In this document: one piece after another, positions 18,091 to 27,428 of the stretch
Position numbering within the stretch: the first letter of the stretch is position 1
How the letters are laid out: each line of letters begins with the position of its first letter
DNA from: Lachnospiraceae bacterium
GTDB taxonomy: Bacteria > Bacillota > Clostridia > Lachnospirales > Lachnospiraceae
Reading direction: 5' to 3'
Assembly: GCA_017624235.1 (NCBI GenBank)
Contig: JAGANL010000022.1
Coordinates: 605-64,604, forward strand
Length of the DNA stretch: 64,000 nucleotides
Made by a program: the position numbers and the translations under genes
Notes under the pieces: generated by a model
Told to the model about the DNA's origin: nothing
Databases searched by the model: none
Seen by the model: only the letters and a program-made list of their open reading frames with translations

Positions 18091-19778
18091 GCACTCCTTT
18101 CCCCACCGTCTTCCTGCATAGAACGTGCAGCAGCGCCTTTCTGCATGGTCCGATACTCATCCCGAACATAAAACGATATCTCAAGTCTTTTCCCCTCATA
18201 CACATAAATGCGCTTTACCAGACTCGCTAACGTATGACGGTCAATGTCCACAAGTTCCAGAGCTTCCCGGACTTCCGCCAGTCTCGAAGCATTGACCGCG
18301 CCAGTCTGATACATTTGCCGTATCAGCTCCTGCTGCCGTTCCTGCGCTTTCCCCAGCTCCTCCACTTTTCTTTGAAATATCTCCTGCAGATGCGCAAATT
18401 CTTCCTCCGTCACAACCTTCTGCCGAAGATCCTCATAAAGTCCTGCACGAAGACCGCAATACTTATCCCGCTCCCGTTTCAGCCGTGCAAGCTCCTTCCG
18501 GCATCCTGCATCAGCTTCCAGATTGATCTCCCTTTCTTTCACCTGTTCCCATAGTGTTTCCTGCTTCCGAAAAACATTTACATATTTCCGTACGGCAGTC
18601 CCCACCAGCTCCTTTAAGGTATTTTCTTCTATGCTGTGGCGGCTGCAGCCCTCGCCCCGGTTCTTCGTAGAGCAGATATAATATCCCCTGACGGATTCCT
18701 GATACCGAACAGTACGCCGTACCATCTGTTGTCCACAATCTCCGCAGTACAAAAGTCCCATGAATGGACTCGGTCTTTTGCTTTCCGGGCTGATTCGTCC
18801 GTCAGCCTGAAGCAGATTCTGTACGACTTCAAAATCACTCTCTAATATAACGGGTTCATGGGTATGTTCCACACGAACCCATTCTTCCTTTGGTTTTTCC
18901 ATACTCTTTTTGACCTTGTAATTTACTTTTTCCGTCCTACCCTGCAGCAAATGTCCCAGATAGACTTCATTGGTTAAGATGCGCTTTACCGATGAGCTGC
19001 TCCACCTGGAACCGGAGTCACCGTTAAACCCGCCCCGGTAGTCCATTCCCACAGACCGTTTATATTCCTTTGGCGAAAGAATGTACAGTTCATTCAGCTT
19101 CTTTGCAATGGCAGACACCGCCATTCCCTCAATTTTCCACTGGAATATCCTGCGGACAATCTCCGCCGCATAATCATCTACCACCAGCTTGTGCTTATCC
19201 TCCGACGACTTGCGGTAGCCGTATACCGCAAAAGGGGATAAGCACTCTCCGGCTTTCCGCTTCACGGCAAGCTGACTCTTTACCTTGATGGAAATGTCAC
19301 GGCAATAGGAATCATTGATAAAATTCTTGACCGGAATCACAATCTGCCGTTCACTTGTATCTGCCGAAATGCTGTCGTAGTGATCCGTCAGGGCAATGAA
19401 ACGCACACCAAGCGCAGGAAATATCTTTTCCAGATATCTCCCGGTCTCTATGTAATCACGTCCAAAACGGGACAGGTCTTTCACAATTACGCAGTTTACC
19501 CTTCCCACTTCAATATCGCTCATCATCCTTTTAAATTCCGGTCTGTTGAAATGACTGCCTGAAAAGCCATCGTCCACATAGCTGTCATAGAGCTCCATAT
19601 CCGGCTGTTCCTTTAAAAAGGAACGAATCAGTTCCCGCTGACTTCCGATACTGTTGCTTTCAAATTTAGATATGCCATGAATCGTATTGTCATTTTGCTC
19701 CGTCTTTACATGATCATCTCGGGAAAGGCGAAGATACATGGCGGCAAAAAATGGAATGTTTCTTTTCGCTTTTTCCAT
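18087..19778 (-). CDS. Large serine recombinase (TnpX/TndX-like)
   Basis: MEKAKRNIPFFAAMYLRLSRDD…SNSIGSQRE…VKDLSRFGRDY…; zinc ribbon CGDCGQQM…CSTK…GCSRH; coiled-coil tail. Confidence 0.9.
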   Translation of the reverse strand: MEKAKRNIPFFAAMYLRLSRDDHVKTEQNDNTIHGISKFESNSIGSQRELIRSFLKEQPDMELYDSYVDDGFSGSHFNRPEFKRMMSDIEVGRVNCVIVKDLSRFGRDYIETGRYLEKIFPALGVRFIALTDHYDSISADTSERQIVIPVKNFINDSYCRDISIKVKSQLAVKRKAGECLSPFAVYGYRKSSEDKHKLVVDDYAAEIVRRIFQWKIEGMAVSAIAKKLNELYILSPKEYKRSVGMDYRGGFNGDSGSRWSSSSVKRILTNEVYLGHLLQGRTEKVNYKVKKSMEKPKEEWVRVEHTHEPVILESDFEVVQNLLQADGRISPESKRPSPFMGLLYCGDCGQQMVRRTVRYQESVRGYYICSTKNRGEGCSRHSIEENTLKELVGTAVRKYVNVFRKQETLWEQVKEREINLEADAGCRKELARLKRERDKYCGLRAGLYEDLRQKVVTEEEFAHLQEIFQRKVEELGKAQERQQELIRQMYQTGAVNASRLAEVREALELVDIDRHTLASLVKRIYVYEGKRLEISFYVRDEYRTMQKGAAARSMQEDGGERSA

Positions 19779-19779
19779 C

Positions 19780-20049
19780 TCACATAGGAATTTCAGATAA
19801 CCGCTGCAGATACTCTGCCATTCTGTCATCTATACTGGCTCCATTTTCCTGAAATCCGACCTTTACCACATAATCCCCAATACGGTTGACATAGACATTA
19901 TTGGTCTGCCGGGCAAACGCCTCCAGTTTTTGAGCCACCGGCAGGGAAGCGTCAATCTCAATGTCTTTTAAATCTGTCAGAGTGGAAATATCTACTGTCC
20001 GTACATCAACAGCCGCCATCTCTGCAAGTCTTTCCTTCGTCAGTTCCAT
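19780..20049 (-). CDS. Small hypothetical protein (89 aa), first gene of the recombinase operon
   Basis: MELTKERLAEMAAVDVRTVD… with AAGGAGAG RBS. Its stop lies 1 nt before the recombinase start. No family recognised with certainty. Confidence 0.6.
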   Translation of the reverse strand: MELTKERLAEMAAVDVRTVDISTLTDLKDIEIDASLPVAQKLEAFARQTNNVYVNRIGDYVVKVGFQENGASIDDRMAEYLQRLSEIPM

Positions 20050-20262
20050 GGGCTTCTCTCCTTTCCATGCAGTATGAGTTTTGCCTCTGTCTAAGTCTAT
20101 TCCTGTGCCGGATTGTCCTATTCCGCTCTGGTATGAAGCATCGTTTTTTACATAAATCATAGTTTCGTTTCGGATGCTTCTATAGTATAATATTTTATGT
20201 CATTGTGTCTAAAAAGGGAATTTTATATGAGATTTTGAAAACGAATGAAAGAAGGATGTTTT

Positions 20263-21534
20263 ATGGATGCAAAATGGTTCTTATTCCGTACCATTCTTAT
20301 TTTTTATGCGTGTACCGTTATGTATCTGTTGCTGGATGTACAATGGACAAAGCTTTCACAGAAAAGGAAATTGTGGGGTACACTATTCTTTACTGTTTTT
20401 ATCATCCTGAATACCTCGGCACAGCTTGTATTGGATTATCAAATATACGAAAAGTTTTATTTGCTGCTTACCCAGCTGCCTGTATTTGTGCTGTTCCTCA
20501 TAATATCTGATTATCGGGGAATTAAACTGTTTTTTGTTTTACTGACAACGGTATTCTTTTCGTCACCGGTTATGATTTTACTATCTGTTCTCCGTCACTT
20601 TTCAGCGGCTTACGTATGGGCATTTTTTTTATGTAATTTGGCTTTGGTTTTTCTGATCTATCGCTTTTTCAAAAAACCGTTTAACTACATGCTTTCCTAT
20701 GGTGATAATAAGATGTTCCTGCTTTTTTCTGCTATTCCCCTGCTGTATTATATCTATAGCTACGCATGCACCAAATATCAATTTGTCGATTCCGTCATCA
20801 GCGAACAGTTTTTCATCAGGCAGATACCATGTCTTATTGTTCTGTTTTCTTATGTATTGTTAACAGCAATATTTCATGTGGTTTCAGAAAAAGTGGAACT
20901 CAAAAACGCCCAAAACCTTGCCATTGCCCAATTAAATGCTGCTACAACGCAACTTGAACAGCTTCGGATTACTGAGCAGCAGTCTGCTATTTACCGCCAT
21001 GACTTAAGACACCACATGAACTATCTCAATATCTGCATTACAGAAAACAAATTGCAGGAAGCTGCTGCATACATCCAGCAGATTTATCATCAGCTGGACA
21101 GCATGAAAGTGGAGCGCTATTCCGAGAACGAGCCGATTAATCTCATCCTTTCCTCCTATGCAGGCAAAGCAAAGAAAAAAGATGTTGCCATCAAGATCCA
21201 TGTAACCGCTACAGATTTCTCAAGGTTTCATGTAACCGATTTGTGCAGTTTACTTGCCAATGCCTTAGAAAATGCCATCACCGCCGGCAGTCAGTCCCCC
21301 AACCCGGATTTACGCTATATTAACCTGCGGATGTATGAAAAAAACAACAAACTCTACCTTGATCTTCGCAACGGATATGTTACTGAGCCTGTATTCGAAA
21401 ATGGAATACCCGTTTCATACCGGGCCGGACATGGCATTGGTGTAAAAAGTATGATTCATGTAGTGGAACAGTATGAGGGCATTTACCGATTTGGAACAGA
21501 ACACAGAGAGTTCTTCTTTCAGATGTTCATGTGA
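20263..21534 (+). CDS. AgrC/LytS-type GHKL sensor histidine kinase (polytopic N-terminus), orphan
   Basis: H-box YRHDLRHHMNYL, N-box LANALENAI, G-box GHGIGVKS, about 6 TM helices. ATG 20263 preferred (AAGGA 6 nt upstream) over ATG 20245. Confidence 0.85.
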   Translation: MDAKWFLFRTILIFYACTVMYLLLDVQWTKLSQKRKLWGTLFFTVFIILNTSAQLVLDYQIYEKFYLLLTQLPVFVLFLIISDYRGIKLFFVLLTTVFFSSPVMILLSVLRHFSAAYVWAFFLCNLALVFLIYRFFKKPFNYMLSYGDNKMFLLFSAIPLLYYIYSYACTKYQFVDSVISEQFFIRQIPCLIVLFSYVLLTAIFHVVSEKVELKNAQNLAIAQLNAATTQLEQLRITEQQSAIYRHDLRHHMNYLNICITENKLQEAAAYIQQIYHQLDSMKVERYSENEPINLILSSYAGKAKKKDVAIKIHVTATDFSRFHVTDLCSLLANALENAITAGSQSPNPDLRYINLRMYEKNNKLYLDLRNGYVTEPVFENGIPVSYRAGHGIGVKSMIHVVEQYEGIYRFGTEHREFFFQMFM

Positions 21535-21544
21535 ATAGAGCTTC

Positions 21545-23290
21545 TCACTCACTTGACACTATAATACCATTATCCCCCCACTCCCTGTTCGGATAGGAAA
21601 GATTCTCTTCACGTACCGCGCCGCGGATCAGGTAATTGCGTACGTCCCTTCCAAACACAAATTCCTCATTCCGCTCCACCACTGCCCACTGCAGAAACTG
21701 TGCAGCAGCGCCTGCCGTCAAAGCGGCCGCCATGGAAGACCCGCTCATTCTTCCATTGATGGTGGGAATATCGACTCCCGGTGCGGAAATGCCGGGACTG
21801 ATTTCTCCGTTTTTACCAAATCCTCTCCCGGACTCCGGCCAGAAGCTGTGGTTTTCGTCATTATAACTGGACACCGTAATAATCTCTTCCGCATAACCGG
21901 GAATCGTCAGCGTCGTATAAGGAGTGGGCTTTAAAAAATAGGTTCCCTCCGTACGAAAATTGCGTATGGGCAGCCAGATATGAAAATTGTCATTCGTACA
22001 TTCTCCGACCCCAAAGACCCGTATGGTCCAGATGCCGGCTGCGGGCTGTTCAAACCGGATCAAAATTCGTTCTTCGCCGGAGCCTTCCTCGACCAGATTG
22101 TAAATCACATTGACCGTACTCTTTTCATATAAAAATCGGTGCCTGAAATTCTGTCCCAGCGTCCCCATTCCTGACGGAAATGCCTCTCCGCTCGGCGAAA
22201 TGACAGAAACCGTATAGGACTGCGGTATCCTTCCCCAAAGCTCTGCTACAAATCCGGTGGTATTTTCCGCCACCCTGATTTCCACATCCTCGTAAGGCTC
22301 TCCCCGGCGCACACAGGTATTTCCCTCAAAATGTCCGGCACTGTTTCCTTCATTTCCCCCGCAGACCACGATAGAACGGCTGCGGCTCTCCAGCATGTTC
22401 TGCATATAGCGGGAGAGGATCGACTTGCCGGTATGGGAACCCTGATTCGTCCCAAGGCCAAAACAGACCACAAGAGGTCTTCGCAGATTGATGGCAAAGC
22501 TGTCTAAATATTTGAGCGCCAATAGGATGTCGCTTTCGGAATAGGTATGCGCACCCTCCGGGATCAGCCTGAAATCGCGCAGATACTCTTTGGCCTCCCT
22601 CAGTTTTACCACTACGATTTCCGCATCCGGTGCCGCACCCAGAAATTCCATTCCGTCTCCTGCCGTACCGCCTGCAATGCTTCCCGTCTGTCTGTTTCTG
22701 AGCAGATTACTGCCTGCTGCCACACTGGCCAACGCAGTTCCATGTCCTATCGTATCCGTGGTCGGCACAAGCTGTCTCGGATTCTCACTGGCCAACGCGG
22801 CATTGATTTCCTCCCGCTTATACTCTGTACCAAAGATCTGTCCTTCCGGCGGTTCCCCTTCCTGTATAGTCTGATCCCATATAGACATAATTCTGGTTGT
22901 TCCGTCGGAATATCGAAATACCTCCTCCTCATAACGAATTCCGGTATCCAAAAACCCAATCACCACACCACGTCCGGTTAAAGACAGGGGGGGTAGCTGT
23001 GTCTGTCGGATGCCGGTATCGGTCAGTGCAAAGGTATCAAAGCTCCTTCCTCCCCCGCTGCCCTCTGCCATCAGCCCAAAGCACTGCGGAATCACATATA
23101 GGGAGCCGCTCCCACCTACCGGTACATTCCTGTTTACATACACCACATACATCCCCTGTCCTGCCGGAACGGAGCACAGCTCCACCTCCATCTCTCCGAA
23201 AACTTCCCGTGTAATCTGATAATCCAGCAGAATATCAACATAATCCTCCGATAAAGCCATTTCCCTGCAATTCATTTTTGCTATGCTCAC
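21545..23290 (-). CDS. S8 subtilisin-family serine peptidase, no signal peptide (Csp-like architecture)
   Basis: 581 aa. Asp GFLDTGI, His GHGTALASVAAG, Ser SGSSMAAALTAG. N-terminal pro-domain-like region. The start codon is uncertain; GTG 23290 has a weak RBS. Confidence 0.85.
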   Translation of the reverse strand: MSIAKMNCREMALSEDYVDILLDYQITREVFGEMEVELCSVPAGQGMYVVYVNRNVPVGGSGSLYVIPQCFGLMAEGSGGGRSFDTFALTDTGIRQTQLPPLSLTGRGVVIGFLDTGIRYEEEVFRYSDGTTRIMSIWDQTIQEGEPPEGQIFGTEYKREEINAALASENPRQLVPTTDTIGHGTALASVAAGSNLLRNRQTGSIAGGTAGDGMEFLGAAPDAEIVVVKLREAKEYLRDFRLIPEGAHTYSESDILLALKYLDSFAINLRRPLVVCFGLGTNQGSHTGKSILSRYMQNMLESRSRSIVVCGGNEGNSAGHFEGNTCVRRGEPYEDVEIRVAENTTGFVAELWGRIPQSYTVSVISPSGEAFPSGMGTLGQNFRHRFLYEKSTVNVIYNLVEEGSGEERILIRFEQPAAGIWTIRVFGVGECTNDNFHIWLPIRNFRTEGTYFLKPTPYTTLTIPGYAEEIITVSSYNDENHSFWPESGRGFGKNGEISPGISAPGVDIPTINGRMSGSSMAAALTAGAAAQFLQWAVVERNEEFVFGRDVRNYLIRGAVREENLSYPNREWGDNGIIVSSE

Positions 23291-23353
23291 TCTTTTTCTT
23301 TTAATATATACAGCGGAGGAAAATCTGCCGCTGATATTCTGTGAATATTCTTT

Positions 23354-25357
23354 TTAGTCCTCATAGACCGTTGTCACAATTTCACCATCGGTACAATCAA
23401 ACGTAACAGCATCGGAATAAGCATAGTTGCCCATGGCATCCCACATCTCAAAGACCATGGAATAGCTTCCGTCATACAAATCAGCCTCGCCAAAGGAAGT
23501 ATCGGCGGTCACGGTCAATTCCTCCGCGGTATACATCTCAAAGTCATCATCACCGCTGTAAGAAGCCAGCTTCCAAATGGTAGTAATCACATCTCCCTCA
23601 GCCAGTAGACGCAGCTCCTTGCTGGCCATACCGGACTCATCCAGGCCCTGGGAGGCACCTAAAATGGACCATTCCTCCGCATTAAAATCGTATGCAACCT
23701 GCAGATTATACTCTTCTCCATTTAACAGGATTGGCACGGAATAGAGATTGTAATCCTCACCCTCGAAGGAAAGCTCCATATAGACCAGATGTCCGTCGAT
23801 AGCTCCCCAGACACCCCTGAAATTATCATAGAATACACCATTGTCCCAGTCGGCGGTCAGGTCGTTGTCGGTACCTAACAGCATCATCTGGTCATTTTCC
23901 TCATCCACATAGAACAGGGAAAAGCCGATACCAGCCAGAATATCATTGGCCTCAGAACCAAGATTCAAAATGGAAGTTCCCTCATCATTCAGATCCAGCG
24001 GAGCGCCATCCCAGCCCATATCAGCCAGAGTCACAATCTCGGGCAGCTCCTGAATGTCCAGAGAGGCTAAATATTCCTCACCACCCTCAGCCAGCTCACC
24101 GGTAAGACCGTAAGCATACAGATGCTTGAAAGCCAGACCGGCACCCAGGTTAATATAGCCGTTGAAATCATCCACATCACCATTGTAGGAGTAGTAACAG
24201 CTCAGACCAGTGGCTTCGGAACGATAAACGCCGCCCACCTGATACAGCACGCATTCCTCCAGAGCATCGCAAACGTTCTGCGCAGAGGGCAGCATCCATG
24301 CGGTCTGACGGGCAAGGTGTCCCAGATCGACCATATTGGTGTAGCCCTGTTCACGGGTATTTCCGCCGTAATTCTCGCTCTGAACGGCCGCACGTCCCAG
24401 CTCGGCAAAGAAGCCGGGATCTTCCGTTGCAGCCACAAAAGCCTCCTGACCGAAGGATTCATAAGCCTCCAGTAATGGCGTCAGCTTTGACAGGTCAATG
24501 AGAGACAGTGTGGTCTGATCCTGTGTGCCAACCGCTTCACAGCCTTCGTAATATGTATCGCAGATGGCAGTTCCCAACTCAGCTCCGTCCATCGTCGGAT
24601 CATCTGCCAACGCACCCATCCAGCCGGAATAGAGCCAGCCGTTGCCCGGCTCCACTTCCTCGGAGGCCACCAGATACCTGGCAAAATTCTGGAATGTCGC
24701 AGCCACATCCACCGTAGCCATCAGACACGTATCGAAGCCAACCAGTTCCAAGGCCGGGTTTTCCGCGTCCGCGGGCCAGACAGCGTCAAAAGCCTGATAC
24801 ATTTCAGCCAGATCCAGCGAATCCAAACCATAAAGCTCGTCAAAGGCCGCACCGTTTACAGAACCGCCTCCATGGTTCCAAAAGGTGACCGCCACCTTGT
24901 CGGCAGGATAATTGGAATTGGCAAAGGACAGGAAATCATACAGTGTCTGTGCATCTCCCATGTTGGCGCTCTCCTGCTCATCCACCAGCTGCAGCCCTTC
25001 GCTATTGTACAGCCAGCGCTGCAGCTTTTCGGAATCCATCAGATCATTTTGCCAGACAGCGGCGCCTCCGGTCTGAATGACCACATTAACATTTTCAGGA
25101 AGCTGCACTTCCAGCATCTCATCCAGATCCATGGTGGCAAAGCCGCCGTTGCTCTCCAGATCACTGCCGCAGAGATACCAGTACACCGCCCAGCTGCCGT
25201 CACCGCCCTCATCAGAGACAGGGACCTGGGTATCTTTTGATACGTCGGCTGGAGGAGCGGCATTGTCAGACGCCTCCTGAACCTCCTCACTGCTGCAGGC
25301 AGCAAGCGACAGAAGCATTACCAGTGCCAAAAACAGTGCTAACAGTTTCTTCCTCAT
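23354..25357 (-). CDS. C11 (clostripain-like) cysteine peptidase lipoprotein
   Basis: 667 aa. Lipobox LSLAAC. His-Gly motif FWNHGGG and catalytic Cys motif GFDTCLMAT. AAGGAGGA RBS. Confidence 0.82.
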   Translation of the reverse strand: MRKKLLALFLALVMLLSLAACSSEEVQEASDNAAPPADVSKDTQVPVSDEGGDGSWAVYWYLCGSDLESNGGFATMDLDEMLEVQLPENVNVVIQTGGAAVWQNDLMDSEKLQRWLYNSEGLQLVDEQESANMGDAQTLYDFLSFANSNYPADKVAVTFWNHGGGSVNGAAFDELYGLDSLDLAEMYQAFDAVWPADAENPALELVGFDTCLMATVDVAATFQNFARYLVASEEVEPGNGWLYSGWMGALADDPTMDGAELGTAICDTYYEGCEAVGTQDQTTLSLIDLSKLTPLLEAYESFGQEAFVAATEDPGFFAELGRAAVQSENYGGNTREQGYTNMVDLGHLARQTAWMLPSAQNVCDALEECVLYQVGGVYRSEATGLSCYYSYNGDVDDFNGYINLGAGLAFKHLYAYGLTGELAEGGEEYLASLDIQELPEIVTLADMGWDGAPLDLNDEGTSILNLGSEANDILAGIGFSLFYVDEENDQMMLLGTDNDLTADWDNGVFYDNFRGVWGAIDGHLVYMELSFEGEDYNLYSVPILLNGEEYNLQVAYDFNAEEWSILGASQGLDESGMASKELRLLAEGDVITTIWKLASYSGDDDFEMYTAEELTVTADTSFGEADLYDGSYSMVFEMWDAMGNYAYSDAVTFDCTDGEIVTTVYED

Positions 25358-25379
25358 GGTTTTTCCTCCTTTTCGTGTA

Positions 25380-25411
25380 CAAAAAGGCGGATGCGAAATA
25401 CCGCATCCGCC
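25380..25411 (-). terminator. Rho-independent terminator after the small lipoprotein gene, 22 nt from the C11 peptidase start codon
   Basis: GGCGGATGCG / CGCATCCGCC 10-bp stem with a 6-nt loop. On the minus strand it is followed by TTTTTGT. Confidence 0.75.
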
Positions 25412-25465
25412 TCAGATTATGTGCAAAAATAATCAGCACTCAAATATGATTGTATCATACAATGC

Positions 25466-25798
25466 TTATTCAATGCCGTATTCCGCTTTCACTTCCGCCA
25501 CCCATTCATCGACTTCGTTGTACCATGCTATCATCTCATTCAGTTTTTCCTCTGAAATCTCCTGATCACCTTCCAACAGTGCCTTGTGCTGACTCAATAT
25601 ATCGGACATTTGGGTCATGACATCAAAAGCCTCATCCGGAAAAGCATCCGGATTCTCATTCATCACAACTGCCACTTCATTGAAAGCAGTGCTGGCCTCA
25701 TTGAACGCATCGATAGCAGGCTGTTTGTCCGGACCGCCGCATGCAACCAATGATACACTCATTACCATAACAAGTAACATTGAAATTATTTTTTTCAT
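25466..25798 (-). CDS. Small lipoprotein (110 aa), unknown function
   Basis: Signal peptide plus lipobox MKKIISMLLVMVMSVSLVAC; acidic helical remainder. Confidence 0.7.
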   Translation of the reverse strand: MKKIISMLLVMVMSVSLVACGGPDKQPAIDAFNEASTAFNEVAVVMNENPDAFPDEAFDVMTQMSDILSQHKALLEGDQEISEEKLNEMIAWYNEVDEWVAEVKAEYGIE

Positions 25799-25831
25799 AG
25801 AATCATTCCTCCACTTGTTGTATATTGTACT

Positions 25832-26035
25832 TTAGTCCTCTGTAATCCACGGGGTTCCGTCTTTTCTTTCAAACTTGCCGGTGCAAACCTTGATCAGATC
25901 AATCAGCCAGCCGATACCCAAACATCCACCGGATAAAAGCCAAATAACACCGGTACCTGTCTTACCGGCCATAAAACGATGAACACCTAAGCCGCCCAGA
26001 AAAAATGTAATAATGATTGCCTTTGTTTTCGTCAT
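25832..26035 (-). CDS. TM2 domain-containing small membrane protein
   Basis: MTKTKAIIITFFLGGLGVHRFMAGKTGTGVIWLL…GWLIDLI is the TM2 signature. GGAGGA RBS before ATG 26035. Confidence 0.75.
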   Translation of the reverse strand: MTKTKAIIITFFLGGLGVHRFMAGKTGTGVIWLLSGGCLGIGWLIDLIKVCTGKFERKDGTPWITED

Positions 26036-26120
26036 ACTATCATTCCTCCAACTTTTGTATATAGTCATCTGACTTGTACATATTATAAACTATCTCAGCA
26101 GCCAAAAGGATGCTCTGCAC

Positions 26121-26150
26121 GAATCGTACCTAAAATGTACTGAACCGACA
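26121..26150 (-). promoter_or_regulatory. Conserved 30-bp box, copy 1 (internal CGRTTC direct repeats, 21-bp period); candidate LytTR operator upstream of the TM2 gene
   Basis: gaatcgtacctaaaatgtactgaaccgaca matches copy 2 (28954-28983) at 26 of 30 positions. On the minus strand a TATAAT (26082-26087) lies 33 nt downstream. Confidence 0.45.
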
Positions 26151-26156
26151 CTCCGT

Positions 26157-27428
26157 TCAAAGAAACAGCCGCAGGATAAACTGTCCTTTCTGCACCAGGA
26201 AGGTATATATGCCGCCATATTTTCTCACAATGGCACAGATGCTTTGCACACCAATCCCGTGACCCGGCTGATCGGATACGGGTATCCCCTTTTCAAAGCG
26301 TACCTCTTCTCCACAGGGATTTTCCACCTGCAAAAAGAGCCTTCCCTCCCGTTCATAAAACTGTACATCAATCACACAGGACTTTCCTGCAGCAGCAAAA
26401 GTCTGACAGGCATGAAGGGCATTTTCCAGTGCGTTGGAGAGAAGAACACACAGATCGCTGTCTGATACCATGATAAAAGCCGGGAGCGCCCCCTGCACAT
26501 TCATCTCAATGCCATCTTTCTTTGCCCGTCCGACAAAAGCGGAAAGGATAAGATTGGCTGCCTCATTATCACAATAGCGCTGTACCTTCTGCATTTCAAT
26601 CTCCTTGCAGATGCCGGAGATATAAGCTTGTGCCAGTCCGTCCTGCCCATTTTCGATACAGGCCGACAAATATTGCAGATGGTGCCTGAGGTCATGGCGA
26701 TATCGACAGGCCATGGCCTGGGAATCCCGAAGGGCATTGATCTCACGCACGGCCTGAGTCAACTGGATACCGAGACTCTTCTGTACCTGCTGGATCTGGC
26801 TGTGGGTCCGCTCTTTGTCGAAATGATACAGCAGGAACCCCAAATAGGCTACGCAGCACACAAAGGGCATAAACTCCACTACCACCGGGGCACCGCTGGA
26901 AAGAAGTTCCGTGTATACCCGCGACAGATAGTCAAAACCGTAATACAGGGCCGGAATCCCCCCGAATTGACACTGGGTCTTAGCCGGATAACCGGATAGC
27001 TGCCGAATCACTGGAGAAACGAAACGCAGCAGTAGAAACAGCAGCGGCAATGTAATAACCAGCTCGACCATATCCTGCATCACCTCTCCGCCAGACAACA
27101 CTGCGACTGCCAGCAGTGCAAACCAACGTCTCAGCTGACAGCACAGATAAGCGGACAGGATGGAAATGCACGACCACAACAGTTTTCCGGTCAGAATATA
27201 AAGCACCAGCATCAACGGCAGATGAACGATGAGAGGATATATCTGCTGCAGAAACTTGTCATCCCAAAGGGAATATGCCCAGCCTTGAAGCAATGGGATA
27301 AGTGCCATACTGGCCCAAAAGATCCGGCGGCTTCGGCGAGTATCCAAAGCATTACAAAAGGATGCAGACAGTACACTTCCAAAGATGCTCACCGCAACAT
27401 TGTTCAACAGAGAAGCCAACAAGCTCAT
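26157..27428 (-). CDS. AgrC/LytS-type GHKL sensor histidine kinase
   Basis: 423 aa polytopic protein. H-box YRHDLRHHLQYL, N-box LSNALENAL, G-box GHGIGVQS. 4-nt overlap with the upstream LytTR regulator gene. Confidence 0.88.
   Translation of the reverse strand: MSLLASLLNNVAVSIFGSVLSASFCNALDTRRSRRIFWASMALIPLLQGWAYSLWDDKFLQQIYPLIVHLPLMLVLYILTGKLLWSCISILSAYLCCQLRRWFALLAVAVLSGGEVMQDMVELVITLPLLFLLLRFVSPVIRQLSGYPAKTQCQFGGIPALYYGFDYLSRVYTELLSSGAPVVVEFMPFVCCVAYLGFLLYHFDKERTHSQIQQVQKSLGIQLTQAVREINALRDSQAMACRYRHDLRHHLQYLSACIENGQDGLAQAYISGICKEIEMQKVQRYCDNEAANLILSAFVGRAKKDGIEMNVQGALPAFIMVSDSDLCVLLSNALENALHACQTFAAAGKSCVIDVQFYEREGRLFLQVENPCGEEVRFEKGIPVSDQPGHGIGVQSICAIVRKYGGIYTFLVQKGQFILRLFL

Larger units (their letters stand above)
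15456..20049 (-). mobile_element. Serine-recombinase module: small ORF plus three tandem large serine recombinase genes; element limits not determined
   Basis: Four consecutive genes on the same strand joined by a 1-nt gap, a GTGA overlap and an 11-nt overlap. All three large ORFs carry resolvase catalytic-domain motifs. Confidence 0.7.
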
